A DNA stretch of 54,816 nucleotides, counting the filler, from Sphacelaria rigidula (taxonomy: Eukaryota), in assembly GCA_964200075.2 (NCBI GenBank). It is 5 parts of 5 records of this genome, joined end to end, with 100 filler letters (N's around TTAATTAATTAA, not from the genome) between each part and the next. Parts side by side here need not be neighbours in the genome. Positions count along the whole stretch, not along the records: positions 10,985 to 21,868 come from CAXNAA020005741.1; positions 21,969 to 32,851 come from CAXNAA020005742.1; 3 more parts are not named here. The stretch is one strand, 5' to 3'. This document shows positions 12,010 to 23,322 of this stretch, piece by piece (position 1 is the stretch's first letter; each line of letters starts with the position of its first letter). The notes under the pieces were generated by a model. It saw only the letters and a program-made list of their open reading frames with translations, was not told the DNA's origin and did no database searches. The position numbers and the translations under genes were made by a program.

Positions 12010-12650
12010 CTTCACAAGGCCAGCGCCGGCCTCAGCCGCCTCGCGAGCCTCGATTGCAGACTGGTCCTCCGCCTCCTGCGCCCCCCGCCCCTCCTGCTCA
12101 CTTCTTTCCCGTCCCGCCCCCCGCCGCTGCTCCCCCCTAGAATCAGCACCACCTCCGTCCGCCGACGGCACGCCGCCGCTCAGGGCTGCCGCCGCTGCCG
12201 CCTCCATCGCTCCGTTCGAAAATGTAGTCCTGTGTCTGCCCATGGTACCGGCACTATTTCTGCCGCTCGTGCTGCCGCTGCCACGGCCGCTGCTAACATT
12301 CACGTTATCAGTAACTTGGGGTGCGTGCTCTGCGTGTCCCGGCATCGGCCGCGTGCCCTCTGGAAACGCCGACGCACCCGCGGAACGGCCCGTCGATGTT
12401 GTGCTCGTAGTGCTTATTATTGTTTGCGCTGTCGACGCTGTGGAGGATGACGAAGTGGTCGACGAGATGGACGTTCGCGCGCCGGGCTGAGATGCAACGC
12501 CGGATGATGAGACGCTTGTCGTGCTTGCCGCGCCACCAGAGGAACCAGTCCTACCCGCGCCTGCCGACGATCGATGTAAACCCTTTTCAGCGGCTCTCTC
12601 TCGGCGACACACGAGGTTCCACCGGTTCTTGACATCGTTGTCGCTCCGGC
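12010..12650 (-). CDS. MYB transcription factor, exon with the end of the R3 repeat and a low-complexity C-terminal region
   Basis: tag|GC CGG AGC GAC AAC GAT GTC AAG AAC CGG TGG AAC = (G)RSDNDVKNRWNLVCRRE...GLVK|gtgggt; phase matches the previous exon. Confidence 0.9.
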
Positions 12651-12991
12651 CTAGATGGGGGGAGGGGACGGGACGGCGGCTGTCGGGTGTGTCGGGTGTG
12701 TTGAGGGCTACGACGACACGTATGGGATGTGTCGCCTGTACATGGGATTCATGTTCCTTGAGGGATTAACAAAAAAGGAGAAAATGAGACGCCGGCGGTC
12801 TAGATCGAGGGAGCAACTGCAACACACGAACCTGGTCTCTTACAAGACCGCAATACACGATGGAAAATGAAAGGGGGGGGAGGAGGGGCAATAGGCTACT
12901 CTCTCTACACACACACAGTTACAGCACCAAAAAAGAGATGAACTCACAACAGCGGAAGTTAATAAACCAACACACACGCGCACACGCGCAC

Positions 12992-13163
12992 CTGGAATCT
13001 TCCTTGCAATTTCAGCCCATTGGTTGTTGAGGCGAGCGTGCAGGGACAGCAGGAGAGCCTCTTCCTCCTCCGTCCAAGGGCCATGACGAAGGCTCGGATC
13101 TAAATGATTCAGATACCGCTCGCGGCACTGCTTCCCAACTCGTCCGGGCATGTGGTCTGAGAT
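12992..13163 (-). CDS. MYB transcription factor, R2-R3 exon
   Basis: cag|ISDHMPGRVGKQCRERYLNHLDPSLRHGPWTEEEEALLLSLHARLNNQWAEIARKIPG|gtgcgc; classic c-Myb-type repeat motifs. Confidence 0.95.
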
Positions 13164-15195
13164 CTGTCGTGTGAAGGGGATTTTTTTTTCGGAAGATTCC
13201 GCATGTTTAATTGACGCCCAACTAAACTCTGAAGGAACGAAAGGACTAACGATTGCTATTATATCAACATGGTCAATATCTGGCTTGTATTGTAGACAAG
13301 ACGTGAGTGAACTCACGACTCTGAGAGCGCTTTGTCGTGACTTTGAAAATAATCAAGAAGTCACATGAAGCACGCATTTTCCAGGGGGTCGAGCATGCGG
13401 AGTGGGGGCGGGGGGGGGGGCGCAATCATTTGTTGCTTGCCTTAGTCGTTTGATCATTGATTACGCATCGCTTTCGAGATGGAGCACCATGCGGACAGGT
13501 GGGGGTAGAGAAGACATGACGGCGCACGCAAACCTCTGAGAAGTTGCGGCTACCACGTTTTCTTTGCTAAAATAAAACTCGCAATTTACAACAAAAACAA
13601 CAACAACCACAACCAAAACAAAGTGCGAATAACCCCATCTCGACAGACTAGTTCAACCCTTTATAGAAAAGGACCGACTGTTGAAGCTAGTTCGTGTGCT
13701 CTGTAGTGGGTGCCCTGTGCGAAATTCACTGGGGTGGGGGGCAGAGGATTGCCTCTTTAGTCCAGAACACAGCGTGAGCGGTTGGCCGGTTGTGCGTTGA
13801 AGTACACATATGTAAGCGGAACCCTCGAATGACTTGATGATGGTATGCTGAAGACGTTCTTCTGCGCTTGAGCTTAATCGACAGTTTGGTATCAGCTTTT
13901 CGAATTACGCAACGGAACTATGTACAAACTTCCTTTGGACTAATGTGGGATGAGTCCGTTTTTGAATTTGTTATCTTGAAGCAATTAGTACCGACTTCTA
14001 GGGCTCGTCACGCTGGGACCCCCAGAAGCTGGTGAAGAGCAGACAAATATTGAAATATATATATATGTATATCTACATGAATATTTTTTTCGATGCTCCT
14101 TTCACCTATTCGCAGCACCCATATCCACCAAATACGAAGTTCGAGGATAATCGGAGTTTTTTTTACAAAAGCTACCACACGTCCAACAGATCATGATCTG
14201 TCTAAAACAACCAATCAGAGAAGACTCTCGAATCCGTTTGTCCAAAAACACAAAGTATATGACCGCTGAGTCAGAGAAGCCTAAGCGCAAAATTGCGCTC
14301 CTCGGCGTGCTCGGCGTCAGGCGCTGTAAGGAGCAACATGGAAAAGGGGAACCGAATGATCCGGATTATGATGGGGATCAGCATACTGAGAACAAGCAAT
14401 TTTCAGACGGATCATGATCTGTTCGACATGTGAAGGTTGCAGTGGAGAGCGTCAAGAGACAATCTGGGTCTTCAACGCAATTCATCAGTGGAATACCGAC
14501 GACGCCTAAAGCCCACCACATCACCTAAATACCACGCTGTGGGGTATAACTCGATATCACACAAACCGTTTCCAAACCTGTTTTTTGGCGTTGGATTATC
14601 CAGCTGATGGTAGTTACTAACGTTCGATTCGTGATGAGATTAGGTACAGATTGAGTCGGAAGTTAGAACTTTTAATATCAGCACAATTCGAAGGCTGCTG
14701 ATTGACCTGCAAATATTGTGACTAATTGTGCCACGGCAAAGGACGAAAGAAAATATCTGGTCACGTCACACTGTTCTATTGCTCGTGGGGGTCACACTGA
14801 TAGAAAATATGTCTATATTGGGTCGGTTTTCCGGTGTGTGTCTAGTGGGGAATGAATTTTTAGCATTCACCCTCAACCAGCACGTAGCTCTCATCCAGAT
14901 TGCACCGCTACCTCACCTCTAAAAACGACCCTTGAGCAATTATTCGCAAAGCACCATGCATCTCGTGAAAGCACTTCCAACAACCCCGCTCTCACCCCCA
15001 CCACACACATGACCCGACACACTACGCCAAGCATCCGTACCTCTTAGCGGCATCATGCTCCTTCTTTTCTAGCCATTTCTTCACGAATCATTTCCTTACA
15101 ACCCTGTAGCCCCGTCTCCCGTGCGTAAGAAAAAAGACACGCGCGCACGCGCACGCACAGGAAAAACAAAAAACATCACTATCGACACACCACAC

Positions 15196-15929
15196 CTGAG
15201 ACCACTTCACTCCGAACGCGGCGACCAACGCATTGAGCCGGTCGTCCTCCTCCTTTGTCCACGACCCCACGCCCTTAGGTCCCCTTGTGGTTCCGCCTCC
15301 CCCACTTCCTACCCCACCTCGCCCCCCTGGGGTCGAGTAAAAGGTCGAGGAAGTGACACCAGTGACACCCCTCACAGCCTGTCGAAGCCCACCCCCTGAT
15401 CCTCCCTGACCTGCATTGGCGGCCGCAGCCTGCATCTCTCTGGCCCGATTCGCTTCCGCTTCTCTCGCGGACACTGCCGCCAAAGCCGACCCGTCCGAGG
15501 GCGCCGTATGCATGACCCGGTCCGGTCCGGTCCCGATTCCTGATGTTGTTGTTGCTGCTGCTGCCGCCGCCGCCGCCGCTGAGGCCGCTCCGTGCGAAAC
15601 CCCCCCACTGACGCTGCGAGCCCACTCAGCTCCTGGGCGAGGACTATTGTGATAGTTGTCGTGGTGCTGGCCATGTCTGCAGCTGCCGCTGCGCCCGCCG
15701 GCAGGAAGTGCTGCGCCACCGCGGCTGTTGCTGATAGTGTGAGAGGCGTGGATGTTGCTGCTGCCCGTGCTGGAGCGCCTGTTGTGGCTGCTGGTGATCA
15801 TGTTGTTCTCGCTTCTGATGTATCCGGCACTACCGGGTTGAACGCGGGACCCGAGCGCCCACTGCCGAGCACACTGGCTGGCGCTGCGGTTATGCAAGTG
15901 TCCCGATATTTGCTCCCACTTTCCCGTGC
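15196..15929 (-). CDS. MYB transcription factor, exon with the second half of one repeat, a long linker and the start of R2
   Basis: cag|(G)TGKWEQISGHLHNRSASQCARQW...KGVGSWTKEEDDRLNALVAAFGVKWSQ|gtgtgg; joins in phase 0 to ISDHM. The 5' exons and final exons were not found. Confidence 0.9.
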
Positions 15930-16536
15930 CTGATAGTCCGTGCAAACGCGTACGCAAGTAGGGTTCAGTGGAGTGGGGTGGAAGGGGGTGTATTCATTTT
16001 CGTCGTTTGCCGCAAGTCGTTTGACCACTGACCACGCATCCCTTTCGAGACGGGGCACCCTTCCAACTCCAAATACACGCTGGGCCGCTTAAGAGGCGGA
16101 CTTTCCTTCAGCCGGTTCTAACTGACGATCTATCGCGAGTTGTGCCTACTATGACACATCGTGGTAACCTGCAAATCAACGCACGTCGTTCACTTCACGT
16201 ACCACTGCGATCTGACAAGTTCCCATCAAACGAAATACCAAACTGCAGTCAGCTGCGAAGTATAGAGAGTTGAGGCTGGTATGTGCGGCAGAATTAGGGG
16301 GGGAAACGGCTGAAATCGTATTTACGGTTACAGTCAGTTGTGCCGCGGCTGCAAAGCGATGGTGCTGCACTAGTTGTGGTTGTGCTACAAGGCATGTCGT
16401 AATGTAGGCGCGCAGTGTCTGAGAGTGCACGCAGACGAGACCTCCAGCGCGCCAAGGCGTCGCGCTTGTACAAAACGTCAAAGTCCCGGCTGACGTTATT
16501 GTACTCTAAAAGCAAGTGAGCCGGTTCTTGACAGAA

Positions 16537-16827
16537 AAATGCGATTTCACTGCTCAATTTGAAGTTGTTTTCCATGAAATTTTGACACGGTACACATAGA
16601 GTATATGTGGAGCCCCTACCGTTTGCCCCTCTTTCGTATTTCATTTTTCTCGTATGCTACTGGTGATCAAAATTTCGGAACAGTTTTTCTGGTACAGAAG
16701 CGTCGACCACTCAGTGAAGAGGGAAAAATGAACAGGGGGGACAATGGAGACTCCACACCATACCTTATGCGCATCATGTCGAAATTTCGTGAAAAAATAA
16801 TTGAAATTGAGAAGCATAACCGCGTTT
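16537..16827. repeat. Imperfect foldback
   Basis: ctcaattt...atgaaattttgacacgg...gtggag pairs with ctccac...catgtcgaaatttcgtg...aaattgag. Confidence 0.65.
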
Positions 16828-16877
16828 CATTTTTTCGTGGCTAGTTCATCTCCACATAGGAACCAGTCTTGGACACG

Positions 16878-17162
16878 AACACGCGATTTAACAGCTGGGT
16901 TTCGGATCGATTTTTATGAAATTTTGACACCATGTACATGATGTATGTGCGAAGACGCCCCCATTTGCCCCGTACACTTTGTTTTTTCTTCGTGAGTTAT
17001 CGGCGACCAAGCATTTCAAAAAGATTTTTCAGAACAAAACCGTGAAAAGGTTTAAAAAGAAAATGTACGGGGCAAATGGGGGCGTCTTCGCACATATATC
17101 TTGTACATCGTGCCACAATTTCGAAGAAAACAACCTGAAACTTAGCTGTTAAATCGCGTGTT
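16878..17162. repeat. Foldback related to 16537-16827
   Basis: aacacgcgatttaacagct...atgtgcgaagacgcccccatttgccccgtaca pairs with tgtacggggcaaatgggggcgtcttcgcacat...agctgttaaatcgcgtgtt. Confidence 0.85.
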
Positions 17163-17231
17163 GACATCCCTGTCTGCGTGTTGGGCGGCCCAGCCTGTAG
17201 AGACACCTCGAACATTTGAACGCTCAGTAAC

Positions 17232-17650
17232 TAGAGCTCGGAAATAGTCTGTCTGACCAATAGAAACTTGAATGGTCACGCGTAGCGCACTCATGAACGA
17301 GTTAAATGGTACATAATGGTTGGGTCATCGAGCGGTGCAGTCGCGAGCCGAAGAGCCCCCCCTCGGCAAAGGGGGGCCCGCCACAGGCGCCCCTGGAGGG
17401 CCCCGCTGGAGGCGTTGTGCTGGAGACACGATTTCACGCGATTTGGCTTCACTAAAGCTAAAAAAAATACGATACATCTAGGCCAACTTTCAAGGGCTGT
17501 ATGTAGCAAACGTAGCCCGTAACTGCTTCTGAAGCCGATAACGGAAAATAATGGTTTGAAACCATTATCCAAAATTTTCATGTGACCATTACCATTATTA
17601 CCATTATATCGATAATGGCCAGTTATAACTGGCACCATTTCAGAGCTGTA
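17232..17650. mobile_element. Non-autonomous hAT-like DNA transposon (MITE), 419 bp
   Basis: 17-bp TIRs tagagctcggaaatagt / tacagctctgaaatggt (3 mismatches); perfect 8-bp TSD tcagtaac at 17224-17231 and 17651-17658; subterminal ccatta repeats. Confidence 0.85.
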
Positions 17651-17728
17651 TCAGTAACCCTTTTAGACCGACCCCCCACTAACACGGGGTTGACCATGTG
17701 TTCGTACAATAAATAAATAAAAAAGTCA

Positions 17729-17921
17729 GGGAGCAACCTGCCCAATCACAGCGAGGCGACATTTATCGACCAGACCCGAACAGCCAGCGTGGGGATTGTT
17801 ACCGAGTTTGATGTCACTGCCGATATTATGTGGGGGGGGGCTGTCCCTGGCCCAGATAAGTGCCTTCCCAGGTATGCAGAGGCGAGATGCTCGGGGAACG
17901 ATTTCTCGTTTTACTTGCATT
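17729..17921 (+). repeat. Dispersed repeat with a second copy at about 20683-20888
   Basis: gggagc(a/g)acctg(c/t)ccaatcac...ttatcgacca...tgatgtcactgcc...tacttgcattc in both. Confidence 0.7.
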
Positions 17922-17930
17922 CAGTATCTC

Positions 17931-18373
17931 CTTGACCGCGAGGGGAGGTCATCTGATGAAACGGCATCAATATTCACCCGAAAGAAGTTTGCATGATCTA
18001 GATAGTTTTCAAGGGACAACTCTTTGACCGCGAGGGCATGTCACCTGCTGAATCGGCATCGATATTCATTCGGAAAAAAAATGTGTTCCAGATGGACTAC
18101 CCGCATCGCAGTCCAAAAGACCGTGAGGGTAGTCCATCGGGATCATAGATACTTTTTTTAAGTGAACGTGATGCCGATCCAACAGATGACCTTTTCTCGC
18201 CATATAAGGGTTAACCCTTAGACCGCGGTGCCGGTAGTCCATCTGGATCACGCATTCTTTTTTCAACATAAAATTGATGCCGATTCAGCAGGTGACCTAC
18301 CCTCGCGGTCGAAGGGTCAACCCTTGAAAACGATCTGGATCATGCATACTTTTTTCGAGTGAAACTGATGCCG
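17931..18373. repeat. Array of about 92-bp units: two forward, then three inverted
   Basis: Unit core ttgaccgcgaggg...gtcacctgctgaatcggcatc(a/g)atattca...ccagatggactac; orientation flips near 18120. Confidence 0.75.
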
Positions 18374-18375
18374 AG

Positions 18376-20193
18376 ATGGTCGTGTCGGGATTCGAACTCG
18401 TGACCTGTCACACGAAGCTGTTACACCAGTTTGACCACTGGGTGCCACACAAAAAATTGGATGCGGTGGGTAACTCGAAGAGTTGGGCGCTGAAATTTCG
18501 ACACAACGTTTTTATTATGACAACGCACAACATTTCTGGGGGGGTTCATCCGTATTTGTTTTTTTCACGGAGTTTTAGCATTTTTCTACGAGCCGGGCCA
18601 GCCTAAAAACTGATTTAAGCTCTGAAAGCAATATCTCATCGACACAGACGAGGTGGGCCGTGATCCGCAAATTGTATTAATCGTCTAATTAAGGGGAAGG
18701 TGCACATCTGCTCAAAAGTTTGGGCCCATATTTTCTCGTTGATTGAACCCCATTTTCAGTAATTCTTATACCTAAGGAAGATAGCGACAATACTAAAATC
18801 TTCATGAAACTTCCGATCGATGCGTTTAGCGGATGGCGGCGAATTTTGGTGTGGAGAACCACCAAAGAGTGCCGAATAAAAAAGTGGGCCTGTATTTTTT
18901 TTTTCATAGAGGTTAGGGCGTTCTCGTTACGAAATGGTCTTCATCACAGTAAAACGCCCTGCCCCAGTGAAAAAAATATGAAAAAAATCAACCGAACCCA
19001 TTTCGTTTTGTTAATTATGCCTTAGAGAGTGCCCATGCAAAATTTCAATACACGAAAACCAAACACGGGCCGGTGAGTGGCCTGCGAAATACTGTTCCGA
19101 ATTTCTACCGACCCGGTTTTTCAAAGGCCCATGCTCCCGCCAGTATTCAGAGTTAGACCCTGAAATTTGGTGTGGACAATGAATAGGGCATGAAAAAAAA
19201 TTACGTCGGCACCAGAAGTTATGAGTAATCGGCAATAATCAGTTTTCAGGTATCAGTTGAATGCCTTCAACTCATGAAAAATGAAAAAAAAATCTGGTCC
19301 CGGCGTAATTTTTTCGTTCATACTCTGTTGATTGTCCATGCCAAATATCAGGGTCCAACTTCAAGTACTGGCGGGAGCATGGGCCTGCAAACTTCAAATC
19401 TGCCTCTAAGCTGGCCCAGCTTTTTGCAGAAACTACAAATCGTTCTACTTTCCTGTTTTGTTTTGTTTTTTTCAATGCAGACCCAGGAATGTTGTCCTTA
19501 GTGATGATGAAAATGTTGTGTCAAAATTTCAGCGCCCAACTCCTCGAGTTATCTGCCGCATCGCCAAAACACATTCAAATATCACCGTCACCAGCCTGTA
19601 CATGGTGAGCCCCTTGTTACTGAGCGTTAGTTCCAAAAGGGTCAACCCTCGGACCGGGTAGTCCATCTGAATCATGCATTCTTTTTCAAGTGAGTATTGA
19701 TGCCAATTCAGCAGGCATCAATTTTCACTTGAAAAAATGATGCATGATCCAGATGAGCCACCCTCTCGGGGTCTAAGGGTTAACCGTTTTGGAACTAACG
19801 CTCAATAACAAGGGGTTCACGATGTACAGGCTGGTAACGGTGATTTTTCAATGTATTTTGGCGATGCGGCGGGTAATTCGAGGAGTTAGGCGCTGAAATT
19901 TCGACACAACATTTTCATCATCACGAAGCACTGAAAAAAAAACAGGGAAGTAGAGCGATTTGAAGTTTCTGCAAAAACTAGGAAAATGCTATAACTCCGT
20001 GAAAAAAACAAATACGGATGCACCCCCCCAGAAATATTGTGCGTTGTCATAATAAAAACGTTGTGTCGAAATTTCAGCGCCCAACTCTTCGAGTTACCCA
20101 CCGCATCCAATTTTTCGTGTGGCACCCAGTGGTCAAACTGGTGTAACCGCCTCGTGTGACAGGGGTCACGAGTTCGAATTCCGACACGACCAT
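18376..20193. mobile_element. Foldback element with arms of about 500 bp ending in outward-facing tRNA-like sequences; left arm interrupted by an insertion
   Basis: 18376-18588 plus 19421-19705 is the reverse complement of 19714-20193. Termini: ggcacccagtggtcaaactgg...gagttcgaat(t/c)ccgacacgacca. Confidence 0.85.
18591..19421. mobile_element. Nested MITE-like element with an internal hairpin
   Basis: Ends agccgggccagcct / agctgggccagctt (reverse complement); it splits the host arm; internal inverted repeat at about 19125-19216 / 19292-19385; related copy at 21969-22838. Confidence 0.75.
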
Positions 20194-21794
20194 GTCGTCT
20201 TTGCGCATATTTTGGCCAAGTGCCTTGCATCTCGGGGATGTATAGCGCAGTTTGACGTAGTACTTCTCCCTCTCGCTGGGAGGTCCTCTCCCACGATGAA
20301 GCTGTTGACGACCTTGATGCCATCTTGCAGCACTACTCGTACCAGTGTGCTTTTGCCTCCGCTTGTTGAATCTCCGAGTGCCTGTGCGGCGCAATTCCCT
20401 ACAGTAATTCCACCGCATTTCGTGAAACGAAACTTCTCCAGCCACGAAATCACGCAACGACACGAGTCGTTCCCGGTGCTCAATGCAGTACAATATCATC
20501 GCCAAAACTCGCCAACCGACCAGCGGCGGTGCCGTGCATCACCAGGTTGGTCTGCAGTTCACAGCGATTTGCTCAGGTCGGGCTGACTTGGTAAACTTGA
20601 CGAGTTGTCGTTGGAGATGAAAATGCGGGATGTGCTGCTCGCCCAGCTAGTACAAGTACTGGTAAAATAATAATCAAGTCTGGGAGCGACCTGTCCAATC
20701 ACGGCAAGTCGAAAATTATCGACCACATGCGAACGACCAGTGGGGGGGGCTGTCACTGGGAGTGATGATGTCACTGCCAACTTGGTGTGTGTACCCTGTT
20801 TCTGGCCCGCGAAGAAGCTTCCGAAGCAGAAGAAAGTCGCGGTGGTCGGGGCTCGTTTTTCCAATTTTTTCAACATGTACTTGCATTCTGTGTAGGTCCG
20901 ACCCCCACTCTCCCGATTTTCTTGGGGTCACCATCCTTAAGTGAAACGTAGGCATTACACTTACACAGGGTGCCCGGGGAAAATTCGAGAATAAATGTAC
21001 CCTGCTATATATGTGATCATGTTTACGAGGCGATTGAACCTAGAAACGCAGTGGAACGAGAGACGGAGCTAGAGGCATGAGTTCTGCGTAACCCTCTGTT
21101 GAGGCGGTACAGCATGCAGTGAGGTTGCGTGTAATCGACGGGAACGAGCAAGCTGTGTACAGGTAGCTGATCTCCGCCGCGGAGAACTGACCAGAACGTG
21201 TAGGGGAGTATGCAGCGGCAGCTGCTGCTACAGTCGGAGATGCGTACTGTACTGTGTGTGCGGCGCGACGCCCATGCCCTTCGAAGAGAATTTGCCGTTT
21301 GCAACAAAGAGGGGAACCGCGGCCCACGCCGACCACGAAGGGCTGTGTGGCAAGGTGATGGGGACAATAAAATCATCCAGGGCAACAAGCGGCGGGCGGC
21401 GGCAGTCACGTCCTGTTGAAAGCTTCCCACCGCGACTCATACTGCTTGATACAAGTGTACATCACCTGATGCACATAGCACAGAGCACCCGAAGCACAGT
21501 TTGTACCTGCACCTGAAAATAGGTTGGATGAAACTTTCGGTCATCCTCATGCCTTGTGGTTACATACCTGGATTTTCAGTACCATGAAGCCACTGTTTCG
21601 TGCATAGGCCAGACAGGTCAGTCTCAACCAGCCCCATTAGTCGTTCTGGAGGCCCAGCCCCAAGAGGGTTGATTTTCTCGTGTATATATTTTTTGTTTTT
21701 TCGTTACTGGAGATAGCGTCTATACCAAAGTCTGAATGAAACCCCGAATAATACATACAGCGCGTAATGACGAGTTTTGGTGTGGACACGTACC

Positions 21795-21868
21795 GGTCGC
21801 CCCGGTGGCTCAGTTGGTAACCTCGTAACCTTCTGATGGTCGAGTAGGGGGGTTCGATTCCCGGAGCG
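21795..21868 (+). mobile_element. tRNA-like head of SINE family 1, cut by the contig end
   Basis: ggtcgccccggtggctcagttgg...ggttcgattcccggagcg. Confidence 0.8.
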
Positions 21869-21968
21869 NNNNNNNNNNNNNNNNNNNNNNNNNNNNNNNN
21901 NNNNNNNNNNNNTTAATTAATTAANNNNNNNNNNNNNNNNNNNNNNNNNNNNNNNNNNNNNNNNNNNN
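21869..21968. other. Artificial contig spacer
   Basis: N-run with TTAATTAATTAA. Confidence 0.98.
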
Positions 21969-22838
21969 CTGCTCAAAAGTTTGGGCCCATATTTTCATGT
22001 TGATTAAACCCCATGTCTAGCAATTCCTATACCTAAGGGAGATAGCGCCTATACTGAAATCTCTATGGAACCCCCGATCGATGCATTTCGCGGATGGCAA
22101 CGAATTTCGGCGTGGACATTCTCTGGAGCAAGGGGACACGACAGATACCTTCACCTTCACCTAACTCGTAATCTATCCCGAGATATGGCGCACATAAGTG
22201 TCTATACTAAAATCAATATAATACGAGCAGAGGCACTAGATGCCCTGAATCTGGATATCGCGTCTCATTTTCTGAGAGTTGTTCCATAAAATTTCGTGTG
22301 GTGAACCGCTAATGCATAATAGAAATAAAAAAACAGCTTGTTACCACTTGAATTTTTTCTTCATTTTTTTTTTTCATTTTTTTCGTGTTTTTCGTGGAGT
22401 TTTGAGGAGAAATGTACATCACTGTTAGGCCTTTTCTCAATGCTCAAGCTCAAGTTTTAGAATTTTTATCTAAAAGTTAGCATGGAGGACCACAAAAGAG
22501 TGCCGGATAGAAAAAAAAATGGGCCTTCATTTTTTTTTCTTTTTCCATAGAGGTTAGGGCGTTATCGTGAAGAAATGGTCTAGACTATACCAAAACGCCC
22601 TCAACCACCGGAAAAATGTTTTAGAAAAAAACTGGACCACTGAGTTCTATTAATTATGCGCTGACGAGGGCCCACAGAAAATTTCAATACACAACAACCA
22701 AACGTGGGCCGTTGAGTGGCCTGCGAAATACTGTTCCGAATTTCAACCGATCCGATTCTTGAGGCGAATGCGCCGGGCAATATTTAGAGTTGGACCCTGA
22801 AATTTGGTATGGACAATGCATGGAGTATAATAAAAAAT
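21969..22838 (+). mobile_element. Relative of the element at 18591-19421
   Basis: Aligns with 18708-19200, with an extra segment of about 365 bp (22118-22482). Confidence 0.75.
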
Positions 22839-23193
22839 CGGGAAGAAACACGCGATTTCGTTCACACCGCGGCGCAGGGACGGGTTCTGCCAGCGCACAC
22901 TAAACCTGGGGAACCCCCATGCACCACGCTTGCCCGAGGGTTCTCGGTATGCCCCGGGTGAGGGTTTGGATTGGGGTCAAGGGTAGCCCAAGGGTTCCAA
23001 CAAAAAACGGACATATGTCAGTCACGGGCTTTGGCCACGGGTTGGGGGTTCACGTGCCCTCTTCAACTTCAGTATTTCCGTGCGTCTGTACAGTTTTGAA
23101 AAAAAAATGGAGATATACTAAAGAATAATATATTACGCTGTACGAGCCCCCAGCCTCTCGACGTACAAGACAACACGCGACACGCCTACTTAC

Positions 23194-23322
23194 CCTGTAT
23201 CCCTTGACGTAGTAGATGAATCCCAGCAAGCGGACGGCGCCGGCGGCGGCCGCGATGTTCGGGCGGATGATGGAAGATATACCCAGGAGCATCAGGAACG
23301 TCGGATAGTTTTCCACAAGGTT
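23194..23322 (-). CDS. MAPEG family, microsomal glutathione S-transferase 3-like, internal exon
   Basis: cag|NLVENYPTFLMLLGISSIIRPNIAAAAGAVRLLGFIYYVKGYR|gtaagt; 129 nt; completes the QRAHQN..E motif. Confidence 0.92.

Noticed and set aside
15041-15103. 63-nt AG...GT segment in a MYB intron as a possible poison exon
   Set aside because: The acceptor lacks a pyrimidine tract and the flanking exons already join perfectly; unsupported without RNA data
17931-18373. CRISPR-like array
   Set aside because: Units are long, degenerate, change orientation and have no unique spacers; there are no cas genes and the context is eukaryotic
20121-20192. Functional tRNA genes here and at the SINE heads
   Set aside because: Acceptor and T stems do not pair properly, and all copies are embedded in repeats
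20870-20940. aag|DGDPKKIGRVG... on the minus strand, resembling the MAPEG final-exon motif GDPKKR
   Set aside because: It lies on a different contig from the MAPEG exons, lacks the last transmembrane helix and runs into a dispersed repeat
21093-21336. SGQFSAAEISYL as a possible first half of the upstream MYB repeat
   Set aside because: Spacing to the next exon does not fit a MYB repeat and the donor is weak
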